Assembly: GCA_040765985.1 (NCBI GenBank)
Contig: JAXGRK010000005.1
Span: 1-55,499, forward strand
DNA length: 55,499 nucleotides
Direction of reading: 5' to 3'
Source of the DNA: Candidatus Dojkabacteria bacterium
Lineage (GTDB): Bacteria; Patescibacteriota; Dojkabacteria; SC72
Shown here: piece by piece, positions 19,417 through 31,870 of the stretch
Position numbering within the stretch: the first letter of the stretch is position 1
How the letters are laid out: each line of letters begins with the position of its first letter
The notes under the pieces: model-generated
Database searches by the model: none
Told to the model about the DNA's origin: nothing
Seen by the model: only the letters and a program-made list of their open reading frames with translations
Program-made: the position numbers and the translations under genes

Positions 19417-22400
19417 TATTTTTTACCTAAAAATGAGAAAATAGAGATTAGATTGTCTATTGCAAGATCAAAGGCGTTTTCTGATGAAGAAGATGAAACA
19501 ATTACCTTATCAATTGAATAACCTAAATTCCCCTCTTCGTCTTTTGATACTGCCCTTAGATGATACACCTTTGATGGGGTAAGTCCTGAAATTATAACGA
19601 TATGGTTATTAGACAGTATTGTATCTTCTTGAGACTTCTGAGAGTAAGTACTCCCCGTACCCTCTCCATATTCTATTTGAGCACTTGTAGGTTCATCAGT
19701 TTTGTATGATACAACCAACTGTGCGCTAGCTTCATCTCCAGATCCAATAATCTCAGAGGATACCTCTAAATCATATATCTGAGGAGGTCTGGTATCAACA
19801 GCTGTTGTGAAATTAATTATCCCACTATTAGCCTCATTACCTATAAAGTCCTTTCCGGAAATTATTATAGAATACTGCGTATTAGGTAAGAGATTAAGTA
19901 TTACTGCTCTATGTTTCCCCGCTTTAAGTGCTACATTAACCTCATCTAACGCCTGTTCTGGAGAGGAACTGGGGAAATACGTTACTACAGAAGAAATCGC
20001 TGTATTAGAGACCCACTCTACTAACAACGTTGTATATGCAGCACCAGAAACTTGGTATACCTTAGAATCGATAATTTTTGGTCTGGGCAGTGTCTCAAAG
20101 GAGTGCATCTCCCCTTCGTACTCAGATCCATCAATATCAAAGGTATTAATTTTGTAAAAATACTTCGTTCCATCTTTAATATCATTTAATTCAACACTAT
20201 GCGTTCCTTCCTGAGTACCAGTAAATACTTCTACCATACCTCCAAAAGAGCTGGTTTCTCCATACAATACTCGGACCTTAATTGCACCTTTGGTTGTAAA
20301 CTCTATTAACGCAGAATTTAGACTTACCCTTTTAACAATTGGTTCCTGTATTGATGGAGGGGGAGATGTTGTAAATGCATCCTCTTCAGATATACCAATA
20401 TTACCATCTTCATCTGTCCACTTAACTACATAGAAGTACTTTGTACCAGGAGTTAGATTGTTTATTGTAAGTATATGATCTGCAACCTGTTCAGAATTAG
20501 AAACCTCTTCTTCAAAATATACCCCCGATTCAGTTCCATACGCTACTCTTGAATCAGCTGTACGTGATGTTACCCAAGACACTGTTGCTTTCTTAGGAGT
20601 TACATCCGAAACAATTGGTGTAACGAGTAAAGGTGCAGGTTCAATATATCTTCCATCTGGATAAAGAGATACTATCTCTGAAAAAGCACCACAGTTGTTA
20701 GTACTATCACAAGCTCTTATTTTGTAATAATAGGTGGTTTGATTCAATTTGCTATCTACCAATGAAGCTCCACTAGTAAATGAGTGCTTTGAAAAGTTAT
20801 TTCCATTTGTAGATCTATATACCTCATAACCGGCGACACCACTTCCTTCATTATCCGGAGGATCCCATGATACAGCTAATCTCCAACTTGATGTACTTTT
20901 GACAGATACATCTGCTATCTCAATATTAAGCGGTATTCCAGGAGCAATCGTATTTGCATAGAAAGAAACTGATGTATAATCACCATAATTAACATTTCCT
21001 GCTTCATCTTTTGATACAATGTAGAAGATATTTTCTCCTGGTAAAGTTGCATATGCACCTGCATTAAGACTACGAAGACTAGTTTGAGAAACACTGTACT
21101 CTGTTGGAAGTGCATTAATACTATACAGATATGAAAGGTTTGATTGAGAACCATAGTAAGTTCCCTCTAGAGGCGGATCCCACTCAAATCCAAAGGAATT
21201 AGTAGTACTACTAGTTGGTGTAACTGTAAGATTTGTTGGAGGTGCAGGGGCATTTGCCGAATCAACATAGAAATAGTAACCATTTAAATACTCACTATAA
21301 TTTCCTGCAGCATCCTTAGCCCTAACCTTAAATACGTTTGTCCCAACCTTGTAAGAAGGTACATCTTCAACAGATGTTTCTTCTATACACTGGTCAACTG
21401 AATAAGCACCTGAAACAGCTCCAGTTCTATAACAGTAAGAAACCACAGGTGCACCAACTGTACTTGTGGGATCCCAATCAAATGAGAAACTGTTATTTGC
21501 AGTATACCCTGCAGGATCAACAGAAAGATTATCGACAACGACTGGTGCTGATACATCATATTTATATATAAAGGGCTGCCATGTTTCGACAGAATAGTTA
21601 CCAGCATCATCAACTGTACGAATTCTAAGATAATAGGTAGAAGAGTCTTCTAGAGTTGAGGGTACAAAAGAATTACCTTCTTGGAATACTCCATCTTGTG
21701 CAGGATCTGCACTTGAATTCGTACCCCAATATACATTATATCCAACAACTCCCGAACCGTTTATTCCATCATTTGCTCCAAATTCCTCTCCAACCTCTTC
21801 CCACTCAAAGTAAGGACTCTGATAGCCATACCAATTGTTAGTCATCAGTGCTATCTCTCCACCATCTTGGTTAAGAGATATGAAACCAGAAAGGCTTGGA
21901 TTTGTAGGTTCCAAAATATCTTGATAGTAGTCTATTGTATATCCCAAAAGAGTTGGAGTATATATACCATCACCGGTAGAGAAACTAAATCTTATCTTTA
22001 AATACCTACCTACAACAGAATTGATTTTGTACTCAAACATACTGTTACTCTTTTTTTCTCTTGACACAGAGGCCCAATCACTCCATTCTAAGCTATCTTG
22101 AGACGAACTAGTTTCAATTATTAATTGAGTATTTTCAACATCCTGATAATTAACTTTTAAATTACCCCATTTGTATACACTTGTTAAGTCATGTATTTGA
22201 GATTCGTATACCCCTTCTCTTAAAAACCCTGAACTATTGGTTTCTTGTATGTATGTATAGACAGCATCTTGATATGTATTTGTACCACTCCCAGCTAATA
22301 CATATATAGAATTTTCTAGATTACTTTCTCCCGCACCACCAGCATATATCTGTCCAGGAAAGTTTGGAAGAGTACTCCAACTTTCTGAAACTAAAGAGTA

Positions 22401-25400
22401 TTTGTAAAACTCGCTGGTGTTTGCACCCCTTGCAGCATAGAAATTACCATCATTACCATCAACTAAAAATCCATCATTGTATATATTAGCATTCAGAGAT
22501 GTTAATGATGACCATGTATCACTTTGGATAGTATATTTATAAAAGGGGTTTGGATTAGCACTAGCACCTCTTAATGTATATATCTCTCCATCTTTAAAAA
22601 GAAGCTCCGAACCATAGTATAGAGTACTAGTAACATTTGTTAAAGTAGACCACTTTGATCCACTAACCCCTTGAGTATCAAATCTATAAAAAGTGTTGGT
22701 ATTACCCCCTCTACTTAGATATATATACCTAGAACCATCATATACCATTGAAGAACCACTATTAGTAACCACAGGAGTTTGATCTTGAGTTTCTTCTATC
22801 CAAGTATTTGTATCAATATCGTAAACGAAAAATCCGTTATAGTAGATTCCACCCGTAAGATATATTTTGTTCTGAACAGAATCATAAACTATGCTTGAAC
22901 CTAAATATGCACCAATTGGTAAACTAGAAAGATGTGTTATCTCTCCAGTCACCTCGTTCCAACGGACAAATTCGTCACCGTAGTTTCCTCTTGTAATATA
23001 GAAATTATTATCATCTCCCTTTAGAATATCTGCACCGTAATTCATATTGAATGTGCTAACTCCCTCATACTCTCTTTCAAATAGACCTCTTGTAGGTATC
23101 TCCCATGAATCACTCTCAATGTGATATTTGTAGAATAGATTTGAACTCCCACCCCTAATAGCATAAAGATACTCACCTACAGGGTAGAGTCCTGATCCAT
23201 AATTAAATCCCGAAGGTGCAGATTGAAGTTGTGTCCACTCTTGTGTATCTAAAGAGTACTTATACATATACGGAGTACCATTTCCCGGCATATAGTACAG
23301 AGAATTAGATGCCTGATAATATGTAATAGAGGCACCTAAGTAGGCAAGAGCTGGCAGTTCACCTAATACACTCCACTGATTAGTATTTATATTGTAAACA
23401 GAAAAAGCACTAGAATAGTTACCCTGTGTAACATAAATTAATTGATTTGTAATATCTATTGCCATACTACCCCCCATATACACATTGTTATTAATCTGAG
23501 TTTGAGGAGCACTGAAATCGGGTCGTTCAAGACTTTCCCATACATCTAAAGCGGTATCATATCTCCAGAAGAAATCAGCATTATTTCCTCTAAGTACATA
23601 AATATATTCAGACCCATCATAAACAACAGAGCTTCCGTAACCAATTGTAAGTGGTAGACTAGACACATCACTATACCAGCTATTACTTCCAATATTATAC
23701 CTCCAAAAATTAGTAGTATTCCCCCCATAACACCATATAGATACCCATCAGGACCCTCCCACCATACCACCACCGTAATAGAATGCCCCTGGTGCACTAG
23801 ACAGTTCACTCCAAGAATCTGTAGATATATCATACTCAAACACCCTATTACTGTTCACTCCCAAAGGAACATAGATTTTACCCAAACTCTCAATATATAC
23901 AGAACCCTTAGACGCATATCCCAAGCTAACTGGTGCGTATGTTAATCTATTCTGTAACCAGAATCCTCCAGAAACATTATCAAGTTTTATACTCTCATCT
24001 GTTAATTGGACATCATTAAAAGTTCCTACAAAATTATCATGACCTATATCCAAAGAAATAACTGGTGCAACACCATCATAATCGTATATGAATAGCGTTA
24101 CAGGTTCACTCCTGTTCCCTAAAATGTCTTCAGTAACCAATCTAAGATAATTTAAACCGGTTGAAAGACCCTTATGAACTGTATATGTCAAATCTGTTTG
24201 GAAAGATCCTAACTCAACTGGATTTGCATTAATTACTGACCCAAAATATACATAATAACCAGAAACGGATGTCTCTAAATCATCCCCCTCTTCCCATGTA
24301 AACGAAGGATTAGTGTATACATATTTCTCTTCACTTGTTAATTGAGTACCCCCAATCTCTTGAGACAAAGCAACAACATTTATAGGATTTGATGGCGGAT
24401 TAATATCAGATACATACGAGAATCCAATACTATCAACCACAGGAGTTTCAGAACCATCTGTAGACGACAAAAGTGTAATCTTTATCTGTAAGTATCTATT
24501 CGTTGGAGAAGCTATTTCATTCGAGACAACCTCTTCCCAAGAACTCCAAGTAATTGAATCTACACTAGTACGTGTTTCAACAAGGACATCTGAATCAGAA
24601 GGGTAATTACCATTTAAAGACATCTGACCCCAACTAGACACATACTTTAAATCCTGTATCTGAGATATCCAGGTTCCAAAACTCTTGTAGTCTGATAAAC
24701 CATATGAGTATATCAACATATCCAATCTACCACCACCTCTTGTAATAAATATGTCCCCTAGCTCATTTGAAACTATAGAAGCTCCTGTCCAAGAACCAAT
24801 ATTTGTTGGATTGTATGGTGCGTAAGATCCTAATCTCTTCCAAGTATCTGTTGATATGTTGTATTCCCAGAGGTCTGATTTATAATTCCCTGCAATAGCT
24901 ACTATCTTTCCATTACCATCATAAACTGCATCTGTTCCATACAATGGAGAGTAAGGTAAAGCTGATAGTTCCGTCCAAGTATCCGAAGATATTACATATT
25001 TAAACATTCTCTTTACCCCAATCCCTCCCGTAAAGTATATGTCTGTACCATCAGATAGTAGTGTTGTCCCATATGAAGCTATAACAGCTGTAGGTAAGTT
25101 TGAGACTGTTTGATCCCATGTATTAGAAACAAAATCATATCTCCAGAAAGCGCTTGTATTTGCACCTTGTGTAACATACAGATAGTTACCTGTACCTGGA
25201 TACGCAAGTGCTGCTCCATATCTTGTTATAGCAGGAGAATTTGCCAATGACTCCCAAACAGCACCCGATATATTATACCTAACAAAAGATGCTGTACCAC
25301 TACCTGTTAAAAAATATATATACCCATTAGCTAAAACACCATTAGTATAATCATTAAATGTTACTGGGCTATCAGGCAGTGTAGTCCATAGATTGTTTGA

Positions 25401-26519
25401 TACATCATATCTATAGAAAGTTGCAGTATTTGTACCTCTTAGAAAATATATATAGTTATTGTAAAAGATACCATCAGAACCTGTGCTCAAAGTACTCGGT
25501 GCCTCTGAAGGACCTATAAACTCTTCAAGAGTAATATCAAATTTCCAGAATCTATAATCACCATTACCTCTAAAAAAATATATATATCCATCACTACTGA
25601 GATACTGTACCCCAGCATACCTAGAAGTTAAAGGAGCATTTACCAAGGTACTCCAACTTCCACTACTAATATTATATTTATAAAAGAGAGTGGTATTGTT
25701 CTGTGCTGCTAGGTAAATATTTCCATTGGCACTAGTAATATCAACATCATCATTAACATTTCCAGGAATGTTACTTAATGTACTCCACGTTTTTGATACT
25801 AAGCTATAAGCATAGAAAGTGTTAGTGTTTAATCCCCTTGGAGTATAAATATAATCACCAACTCTTTCCAAATCGGCACCTGATCGTAAAGTATTTGGAG
25901 TACTTGCTAATATACTCCAACTATTTGTAGCTACAGTATATTTATAAAAGTTTTGTGTTGAGTTCCCCGTTATAGCATAAATATTTGTCCCATCTGTAGT
26001 CATACTAGCTCCCTGGAAGACAAGATCTGGATAATTTGGAAGCATCTCCCAACTATCCTCTACAACAGAATACCTAGCAAAAGTCTGTTGATATCCACCA
26101 AACAGTGCATATATATACCCATTAAGATATTGAATATCTGAACCAAAATATGCACCCCTGGGGAGATTTTCTAAAGTAACCCAACTATCACTTTCGGCTC
26201 TATATTTCCAAAAAAGAACATCTCCCAACCCTCTAACAACATATATATTACTACCATCAGATGTAAAAGCAGCACCAACACTTAACACCTTGTCTGGTGT
26301 TTTCCAAGTTAGAGCTCCCCAACTACCACCTGTTTCTAATTCAATACCTACCCCAGAACTTACAGGTCTTGTACCACTTAGACTACCACCGTTCCAATCC
26401 TCAATAGAAGATATATTTATATCCGCAGAAAACACTTTTGAAAAAGAAAGGACACAGAAAAGGATTGATAATAGACTTACACTTATTTTTCTTGTATTAG
26501 ACAGTTTTTTGTTTCTCAT
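19416..26519 (-). CDS. Giant (~2,367 aa) secreted Kelch-repeat / FN3-Ig surface protein; one gene interrupted by a compensating indel pair near 23720-23755
   Basis: ORFs 23748..26519 and 19416..23666 are in the same frame. The intervening shifted frame reads EGPDGYLYGVMGG, a normal Kelch blade. Signal peptide, many GG...W Kelch blades, FN3-like repeats. Confidence 0.85.
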
Positions 26520-26758
26520 ATTACCTCTTATCCTTACAATAGATACCTATCTAATTATGGTACCACTTAACAATACAGAAATAAATATCTGACAAGAAAA
26601 TCTATCAAATATATAGCTCTAAGAAAATTCCTTATATATTTTCTTTACAAAATAAAAAACATTTAAGTGTATATACTAACAAGGAGTAATTTTTCCCTTG
26701 TTATTTATACCAAAATGATATATAGTGCATAGCCATTTAAACTTAGTAAATAATAACT

Positions 26759-27313
26759 GTGGGAAGATTTGGAAATAATAATAGAAGATCTGGAAGTGGA
26801 AGAAGTTTTGATAGAAGACCAACTGAAATGTATCCAGCTGTATGTGATAAATGTGGTAGAGAGTGTAAAGTACCATTTAAACCATCTAATGATAAACCAA
26901 TATACTGTAGTGACTGTTTTGAACAACAGGGTGGAGGAAGAGATGATAGAAGAGACAGCAGAAGAGATAGTGGAAGAAGAAACTTTTCTGATTCAAGAGA
27001 CAGAGGTGATAGAGAGATGTTTTCTGCAATATGTGATGACTGTGGTAAGGAGTGTAAAGTACCATTTAAACCTAGCTCAGATAAACCAATATACTGTAGT
27101 AAATGTTTTGAAAACAGAGATAACTCACATGATAGAGATAGTAAGAGTAAGAACTTTAGTGGAAATAGTGAACAGTTAGATTTGATTATCTCTAAATTAG
27201 ATATGATAATATCAGCACTAGAAGCTAAAAAGAGCTCTGTTGTTAAGAAAGAAGTAAAAAAGAGAGTAGAAAAGAAAGAACCTGTTAAGAAAGAAGTTAA
27301 AGAAAACAGTTAA
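26759..27313 (+). CDS. CxxC-x17-CxxC domain protein (two tandem copies)
   Basis: CDKCGRECKVPFKPSNDKPIYCSDCF and CDDCGKECKVPFKPSSDKPIYCSKCF with Arg/Gly/Asp-rich linkers; also visible as a DNA direct repeat (~26862-26922 and ~27053-27113). Confidence 0.92.
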   Translation: MGRFGNNNRRSGSGRSFDRRPTEMYPAVCDKCGRECKVPFKPSNDKPIYCSDCFEQQGGGRDDRRDSRRDSGRRNFSDSRDRGDREMFSAICDDCGKECKVPFKPSSDKPIYCSKCFENRDNSHDRDSKSKNFSGNSEQLDLIISKLDMIISALEAKKSSVVKKEVKKRVEKKEPVKKEVKENS

Positions 27314-27318
27314 GAAAG

Positions 27319-28020
27319 CTAAGAAGGAGTAATTAACTCTGTATAACTCTCAATTACGAAATTAGATAGTTGATATACAAAATCATCATTCCATCCCCTA
27401 TTCATTATCCCTATGGAAAATAACCCTGCTCCTTTAGCAGATTGTAAACCGTAAAATGAGTCTTCAAACGCTATACACTCATCAACCTTTAATCCAAGAT
27501 ACTCAATACCCTTTAGAAAACCCTCTGGTGCAGGTTTACCCCTAACTACAGAGTACCTATCAAATACTTTTTCAAAATGTTTGAATATTTTGTAATGTGT
27601 AAGCATTCTCTTAACATGTTCTTCTCTTGAAGATGTAACAATTATCTTCCTTTTATCTTTGTTACCCTCAAACTCTAAAAACTCCTTAATACCAGGTAAA
27701 AGATATATCTCATCATCAATCTCTTCTTCAATGAATCTCTTTTTATGAATGTAAAACTGTTTATTAATCTCCTCTGGAGAGAAATCTTTAATACCCTTGG
27801 TACCTAAGTACTCTACTAAACCGTTCTTTGCACCCCTTCCTGATATATATGTCATAAAGTCATCTTTAGTAAACTCTAGATTAAACATATCCTTTAAAAC
27901 CAATGCAAATGAATCTACATTAAGCTTATCTAAATTTACTAATGTCCCATCAAAATCAAAAAGAAAGCCTTTAGCTTCTCTAACTTTTTTCTTAACATCT
28001 TCAATATCTATTCTATTCAT
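27319..28020 (-). CDS. HAD-family phosphatase (beta-phosphoglucomutase-like)
   Basis: FDFDGTLVN, VTSS, GKPAPE, FEDSFYG. Confidence 0.92.
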   Translation of the reverse strand: MNRIDIEDVKKKVREAKGFLFDFDGTLVNLDKLNVDSFALVLKDMFNLEFTKDDFMTYISGRGAKNGLVEYLGTKGIKDFSPEEINKQFYIHKKRFIEEEIDDEIYLLPGIKEFLEFEGNKDKRKIIVTSSREEHVKRMLTHYKIFKHFEKVFDRYSVVRGKPAPEGFLKGIEYLGLKVDECIAFEDSFYGLQSAKGAGLFSIGIMNRGWNDDFVYQLSNFVIESYTELITPS

Positions 28021-28053
28021 ACTTTATAGATTCTATCAGCTTTATATATATAT

Positions 28054-28082
28054 TTGTCAAAAAACGGTATCTATTGTATAAT
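28054..28082 (+). promoter_or_regulatory. Near-consensus sigma70 promoter
   Basis: TTGTCA 28054-28059, 17-nt spacer, TATAAT 28077-28082. Confidence 0.75.
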
Positions 28083-28116
28083 GTCAACGTTTTTTAATAT
28101 TTAATAAAAACTAAAC

Positions 28117-28410
28117 ATGGCTATATACATGAGAAGAGATGGACGAACAGAGTGGTGTCCAGATTGTGCAGAACAAAAACAAAACAAATTATTTATTAAT
28201 CCAGGCTATCGTAACGAAGAAAAACAGTTTATTGGAACTGTTGACTCAACTGCAAGAATGCTAAATATGCTTGCAAGAGAACAGTTATCTCAAGAAGAAT
28301 TTAATAAAGCTTTGGATAAGAATGCAAATCATATTGGAGTAGATACAGATCTGTTATTATCTCTAGCAGAACAAACTCTCCAAGAGAAAGAGAGTCCGAA
28401 AGAAGCTTAA
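28117..28410 (+). CDS. Small hypothetical protein with an N-terminal CxxC
   Basis: WCPDCAE; sits downstream of a strong promoter. Confidence 0.65.
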   Translation: MAIYMRRDGRTEWCPDCAEQKQNKLFINPGYRNEEKQFIGTVDSTARMLNMLAREQLSQEEFNKALDKNANHIGVDTDLLLSLAEQTLQEKESPKEA

Positions 28411-28493
28411 TAGAAAAAGGTTTTTTAAAACAATTTGACCATTTAATATTTTTAGTCTAGAATTTAATTCCAAGTAGATAACCATATACACAC

Positions 28494-29417
28494 ATGAATA
28501 TTACTTGGAAAAATACGTCCTCTGCTCAGATTAATACCCCCTACTCTTCAACCCCAATTAATTATAAAGTTTTTAAGGCAGATACAGATATTGATATCTA
28601 TGTTATTCAATCTGAAGAGACTAAATCCCTAGTTATTGCCCATCAAAAAAATGGTAAATTAATACCAGCTAGATTACATTTAGGTATGGAAAGAGCAAAA
28701 GAACTTTGCTCTGCTACATTTACAATAGCTAGTACAGAGGAATTTAAAAAAGCAATTAATCATAAATATATACCTGCGAAAGATGCAATCAGTGCAATGC
28801 TAATTAGAGAACCAATTGCTCAATCCCCCTTTATTAATACATATATGGGAAGTGGTTTTGAATCAAGACTATACGGTATATTAGATGTACATCATGTAGA
28901 GGATAAAGATGGCATTAAGGGACTCAGTGGAAAGGTATGTACATACAGAATAGATATCCCTGAAGAAAAATCAGAAGAGATACACAGAGATATTAAATTA
29001 GGAATACTCTATGACTCTATAGCTGGAGGAAGGAATTTAATAGCTGCTATTGATAACCTTAAGAATAGGTTTAAGAATATTGAGAAGTTTGTAATTCTTT
29101 CAGTATATGCATCATATCAAGGATCTAAAAGAATATATGACAGATGTAATGAATTAGGTGTTAAATGTGAATTCTTCTGTATGCATGAATTACTTAATGC
29201 AAGTCCACTTAACGAGTATGACTGCTTCTACCCGTTATGGAATATATGCAAAGAAGATGAAGAGATACTTAAAACTTTTTACAAAGAGAAATACAGAGAT
29301 ATATGTTTAGGAGGTGATTGGACAGCTAATACCCTAGGATATGAACAAGCCCAGAGTGTATTTAAATCCCAAATGTATGAATTGGGTTTAAGTGAATTTT
29401 TTAACAAGATATCTTAA
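28494..29417 (+). CDS. Divergent type I phosphoribosyltransferase, uracil-PRTase-like
   Basis: LIRE, ILYDSIAGGRNL (PRPP-loop-like) and LSVYASYQG occur in the order of the UPRTase motifs ILRAG, DPMLATGGS and AxxEG. Confidence 0.5.
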   Translation: MNITWKNTSSAQINTPYSSTPINYKVFKADTDIDIYVIQSEETKSLVIAHQKNGKLIPARLHLGMERAKELCSATFTIASTEEFKKAINHKYIPAKDAISAMLIREPIAQSPFINTYMGSGFESRLYGILDVHHVEDKDGIKGLSGKVCTYRIDIPEEKSEEIHRDIKLGILYDSIAGGRNLIAAIDNLKNRFKNIEKFVILSVYASYQGSKRIYDRCNELGVKCEFFCMHELLNASPLNEYDCFYPLWNICKEDEEILKTFYKEKYRDICLGGDWTANTLGYEQAQSVFKSQMYELGLSEFFNKIS

Positions 29418-30131
29418 GGAAGACACAGAGATATCTAAACCAGAGCAACCTGTTTGATTTGAAAAACGTGAGTTGTGTAAAAAGTAATTCACATTTTTTA
29501 CATAAAGTTCCACATTCTTAAAATCTTCTGATAATCTTTTTTGTATTTGTTCTTCATTCTCCCCACCCCTTTTTAAAATAGAGGTATATACCTGTTCCCA
29601 AGAGTCAGGTACTACTCCTACTGATATAGGTTGAAAACCGTATTTTGGTAAAAGATTAGTAAGTGTAATAGCCCCATTAATATCTACCCTAGCTACTGGT
29701 ATACCATTTCCCTCTCTTAAGAAGATTCCTTGGGTAAGCCATAAAGATAACCGTAATGAAAATCATTTTCTATCAGAGAGTACTCATCCATTAATGCTTT
29801 AAAATATTCATCCCTTGTTTCATTTTCCAATTGTTGTCTCATCCATATATATGCACTTTCTGGTTCACAATTACCTACTCTTCTTTCTCTTGAGGTAGCA
29901 GTTACAACATGGTATGCCTCGTGTGAAGATAGTAATGGAGAAAGAAGCACAATCTTTTCCACTTCCCGATAACCCAGTTAAAACTATTACAGCTTTTCTG
30001 TTAAAATCTTTCTCAATTGGGATATTTATGTAAAGCCCTGGATACTCCATCTCCAAATTCTCATAAACACTTTTAATTGGATATTGAATATCAAGACTCT
30101 CTAAATCGATTTTCTCTTCTTTTTCAAACAT
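29388..30131 (-). CDS. Guanylate kinase-like protein, split by at least two indels
   Basis: P-loop GLSGSGKD, HVVTATSRERR, HYGYLYG, VDING; rejoined across ~29950 and ~29720 to a TAA at 29388. Confidence 0.7.
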
Positions 30132-30137
30132 ATACTA

Positions 30138-31142
30138 TTATATATATTCTAAAGACATAGCTTTTCTAACCTGAGCAATACTTTCTTTGGCGTTCTCTTT
30201 TGCAATACTTTTTCCTTTTTCAATAATATCTTGTACATAAGAATCAGGAATTTTTGATTTTTTCTCTTGGAAATCTTTTAGATATCTTTCTAATGAGATA
30301 CTAATTACACTCTTTAATTCCCCCATTACATTTTCTCCATTCATATGCCTATCCATAATCTCATCAATCTTCTTTTTCTCATCTTCGTTTGATACGAACT
30401 TTCCAACAGATATAAGAGATTCCAATGAATCAGTCATCTCTTTGGCAAAAGCGGTTTGTGCTTTTTTACTTTAGATAGTGAAATATCAATGGCATCATCA
30501 AGCAAAATTGCTCCAGATGGACTACTCTTACTCATCTTCCCATCCCCATTTAAGATTTAATTCTAACGGGTTTACCCAATGAAAGAACATTAGGAACAGG
30601 GATGGTTTCTCCATATGCCTTGTTAAACTTTCTTGCTAAATACCTTGCCATCTCTACATGAGCAACTTGGTCATCACCAACTGGAACATATTTTGATTTC
30701 TGAAGTAATATGTCAGAGCTCATCATAACTGGATACATAGCTAAGAGTAATGATGCATTTGATACATCAATATCCTTTTTAATCTTCTCCTTAAGTGTTG
30801 GTACTCTTAATATTTCAGATATTGTTACTAATCTTGAAAGATACAGATTTAATTCTGAGATTTCCTCAATTAATTGAACTGAACAAATATATCACAGTTA
30901 TCTGGATTCAAACCAAGAGCTATGTAATCTTTTACTACATCTAAAACATATTTTTGAGTGTCCTTTGGCTCAGCATCAGTTAAGGCATGTAAATCTGCAA
31001 CAAACACCATAGGCCTCCTATCTCTTTCTCATTTTGTAACGTTACAATAGTGTGTACAAGAACCAATAACATTAGCTATTGTCAGACCACCAGTTGGCCT
31101 TATCCCTGTAAACACATCTACTTTGTACTCTATGTTTTTCAT
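30138..31142 (-). CDS. trpS: Tryptophan--tRNA ligase, split by several indels
   Basis: FTGIRPTGGLTIAN, FVADLHALT, YPVMMSSDILL, VPVGDDQVAHVE and GKMSKS found in successive frames; ORF 30138..30437 is its C-terminal domain. Confidence 0.92.
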
Positions 31143-31245
31143 ATATTTAAAATACAATTAACTTCTGTAATTATCACTATCATATGCTAGATAATATATA
31201 ATTAGAAGAATGAATATACAGGATTTTAAAACTTAAAACAGATAC

Positions 31246-31844
31246 ATGAATACTTTTGCAGTACATAATACATGTAAATTAAAAGATACTGCTACACAGC
31301 CAGTATATGAAATAGAGCCACCTAAATCAGGCATTGTATTTATAGGGGAAGCACCTGGAAGAAATGAAGATTTACAAGGAAGACCCTTTGTTGGTGCTGC
31401 TGGTAAATTTTTAGATGAACTACTCAGAGGTATTGGATATACAAGAGAGGATGTATATGTAACTAATGTTGTTAAGTACAGGCCACCAGATAACAGAGAT
31501 CCTCTACCTGAAGAAAAAATGCTTGTAGAGTATGGGTAAATGCTGAATTAATATTTCTTAAACCTAAAGTAATAATACCGTTGGGAAGACATGCATTAGA
31601 GACCTTTGTTCCTGATCAACAGATATCATTAGTACATGGGAAAGCGTATACACATAGTAGTGGTATTCCTGTCTTTGCAATGTATCATCCTGCTGCAGCT
31701 TTGTATAATCCTAATTTAAGACAGATTTTAGCTAAGGATTTTCAAATTCTAAAAGACTTTTCTAGATGGAAAGAATATCTCCTCAAGAAACAGATACTCT
31801 TGCTTCTGAGAAAGAAGTTAATCAAAAGGAAAAACAAACTGTAA
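31246..31844 (+). CDS. udg: Uracil-DNA glycosylase, family 4-like; one missing A near 31520
   Basis: FIGEAPGRNED.QGRPFVG.AG, TNVVKYRPPDNRDP, LGRHA, MYHPAAALY; the repair gives EEKNACRVWVNAELIFLKPKVII. Confidence 0.9.
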
Positions 31845-31870
31845 TAGATGAGATATTAAAAATGTAATAT

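Noticed and set aside
30138-30437. Separate 99-aa hypothetical protein
   Set aside because: It continues trpS after one missing A (…KVKKAQTAFAKEMTDS…) and is the C-terminal domain.
31143-31245. T-box leader for trpS
   Set aside because: The spacer is only ~100 nt, AT-rich and shared with divergent udg; no T-box consensus was found.
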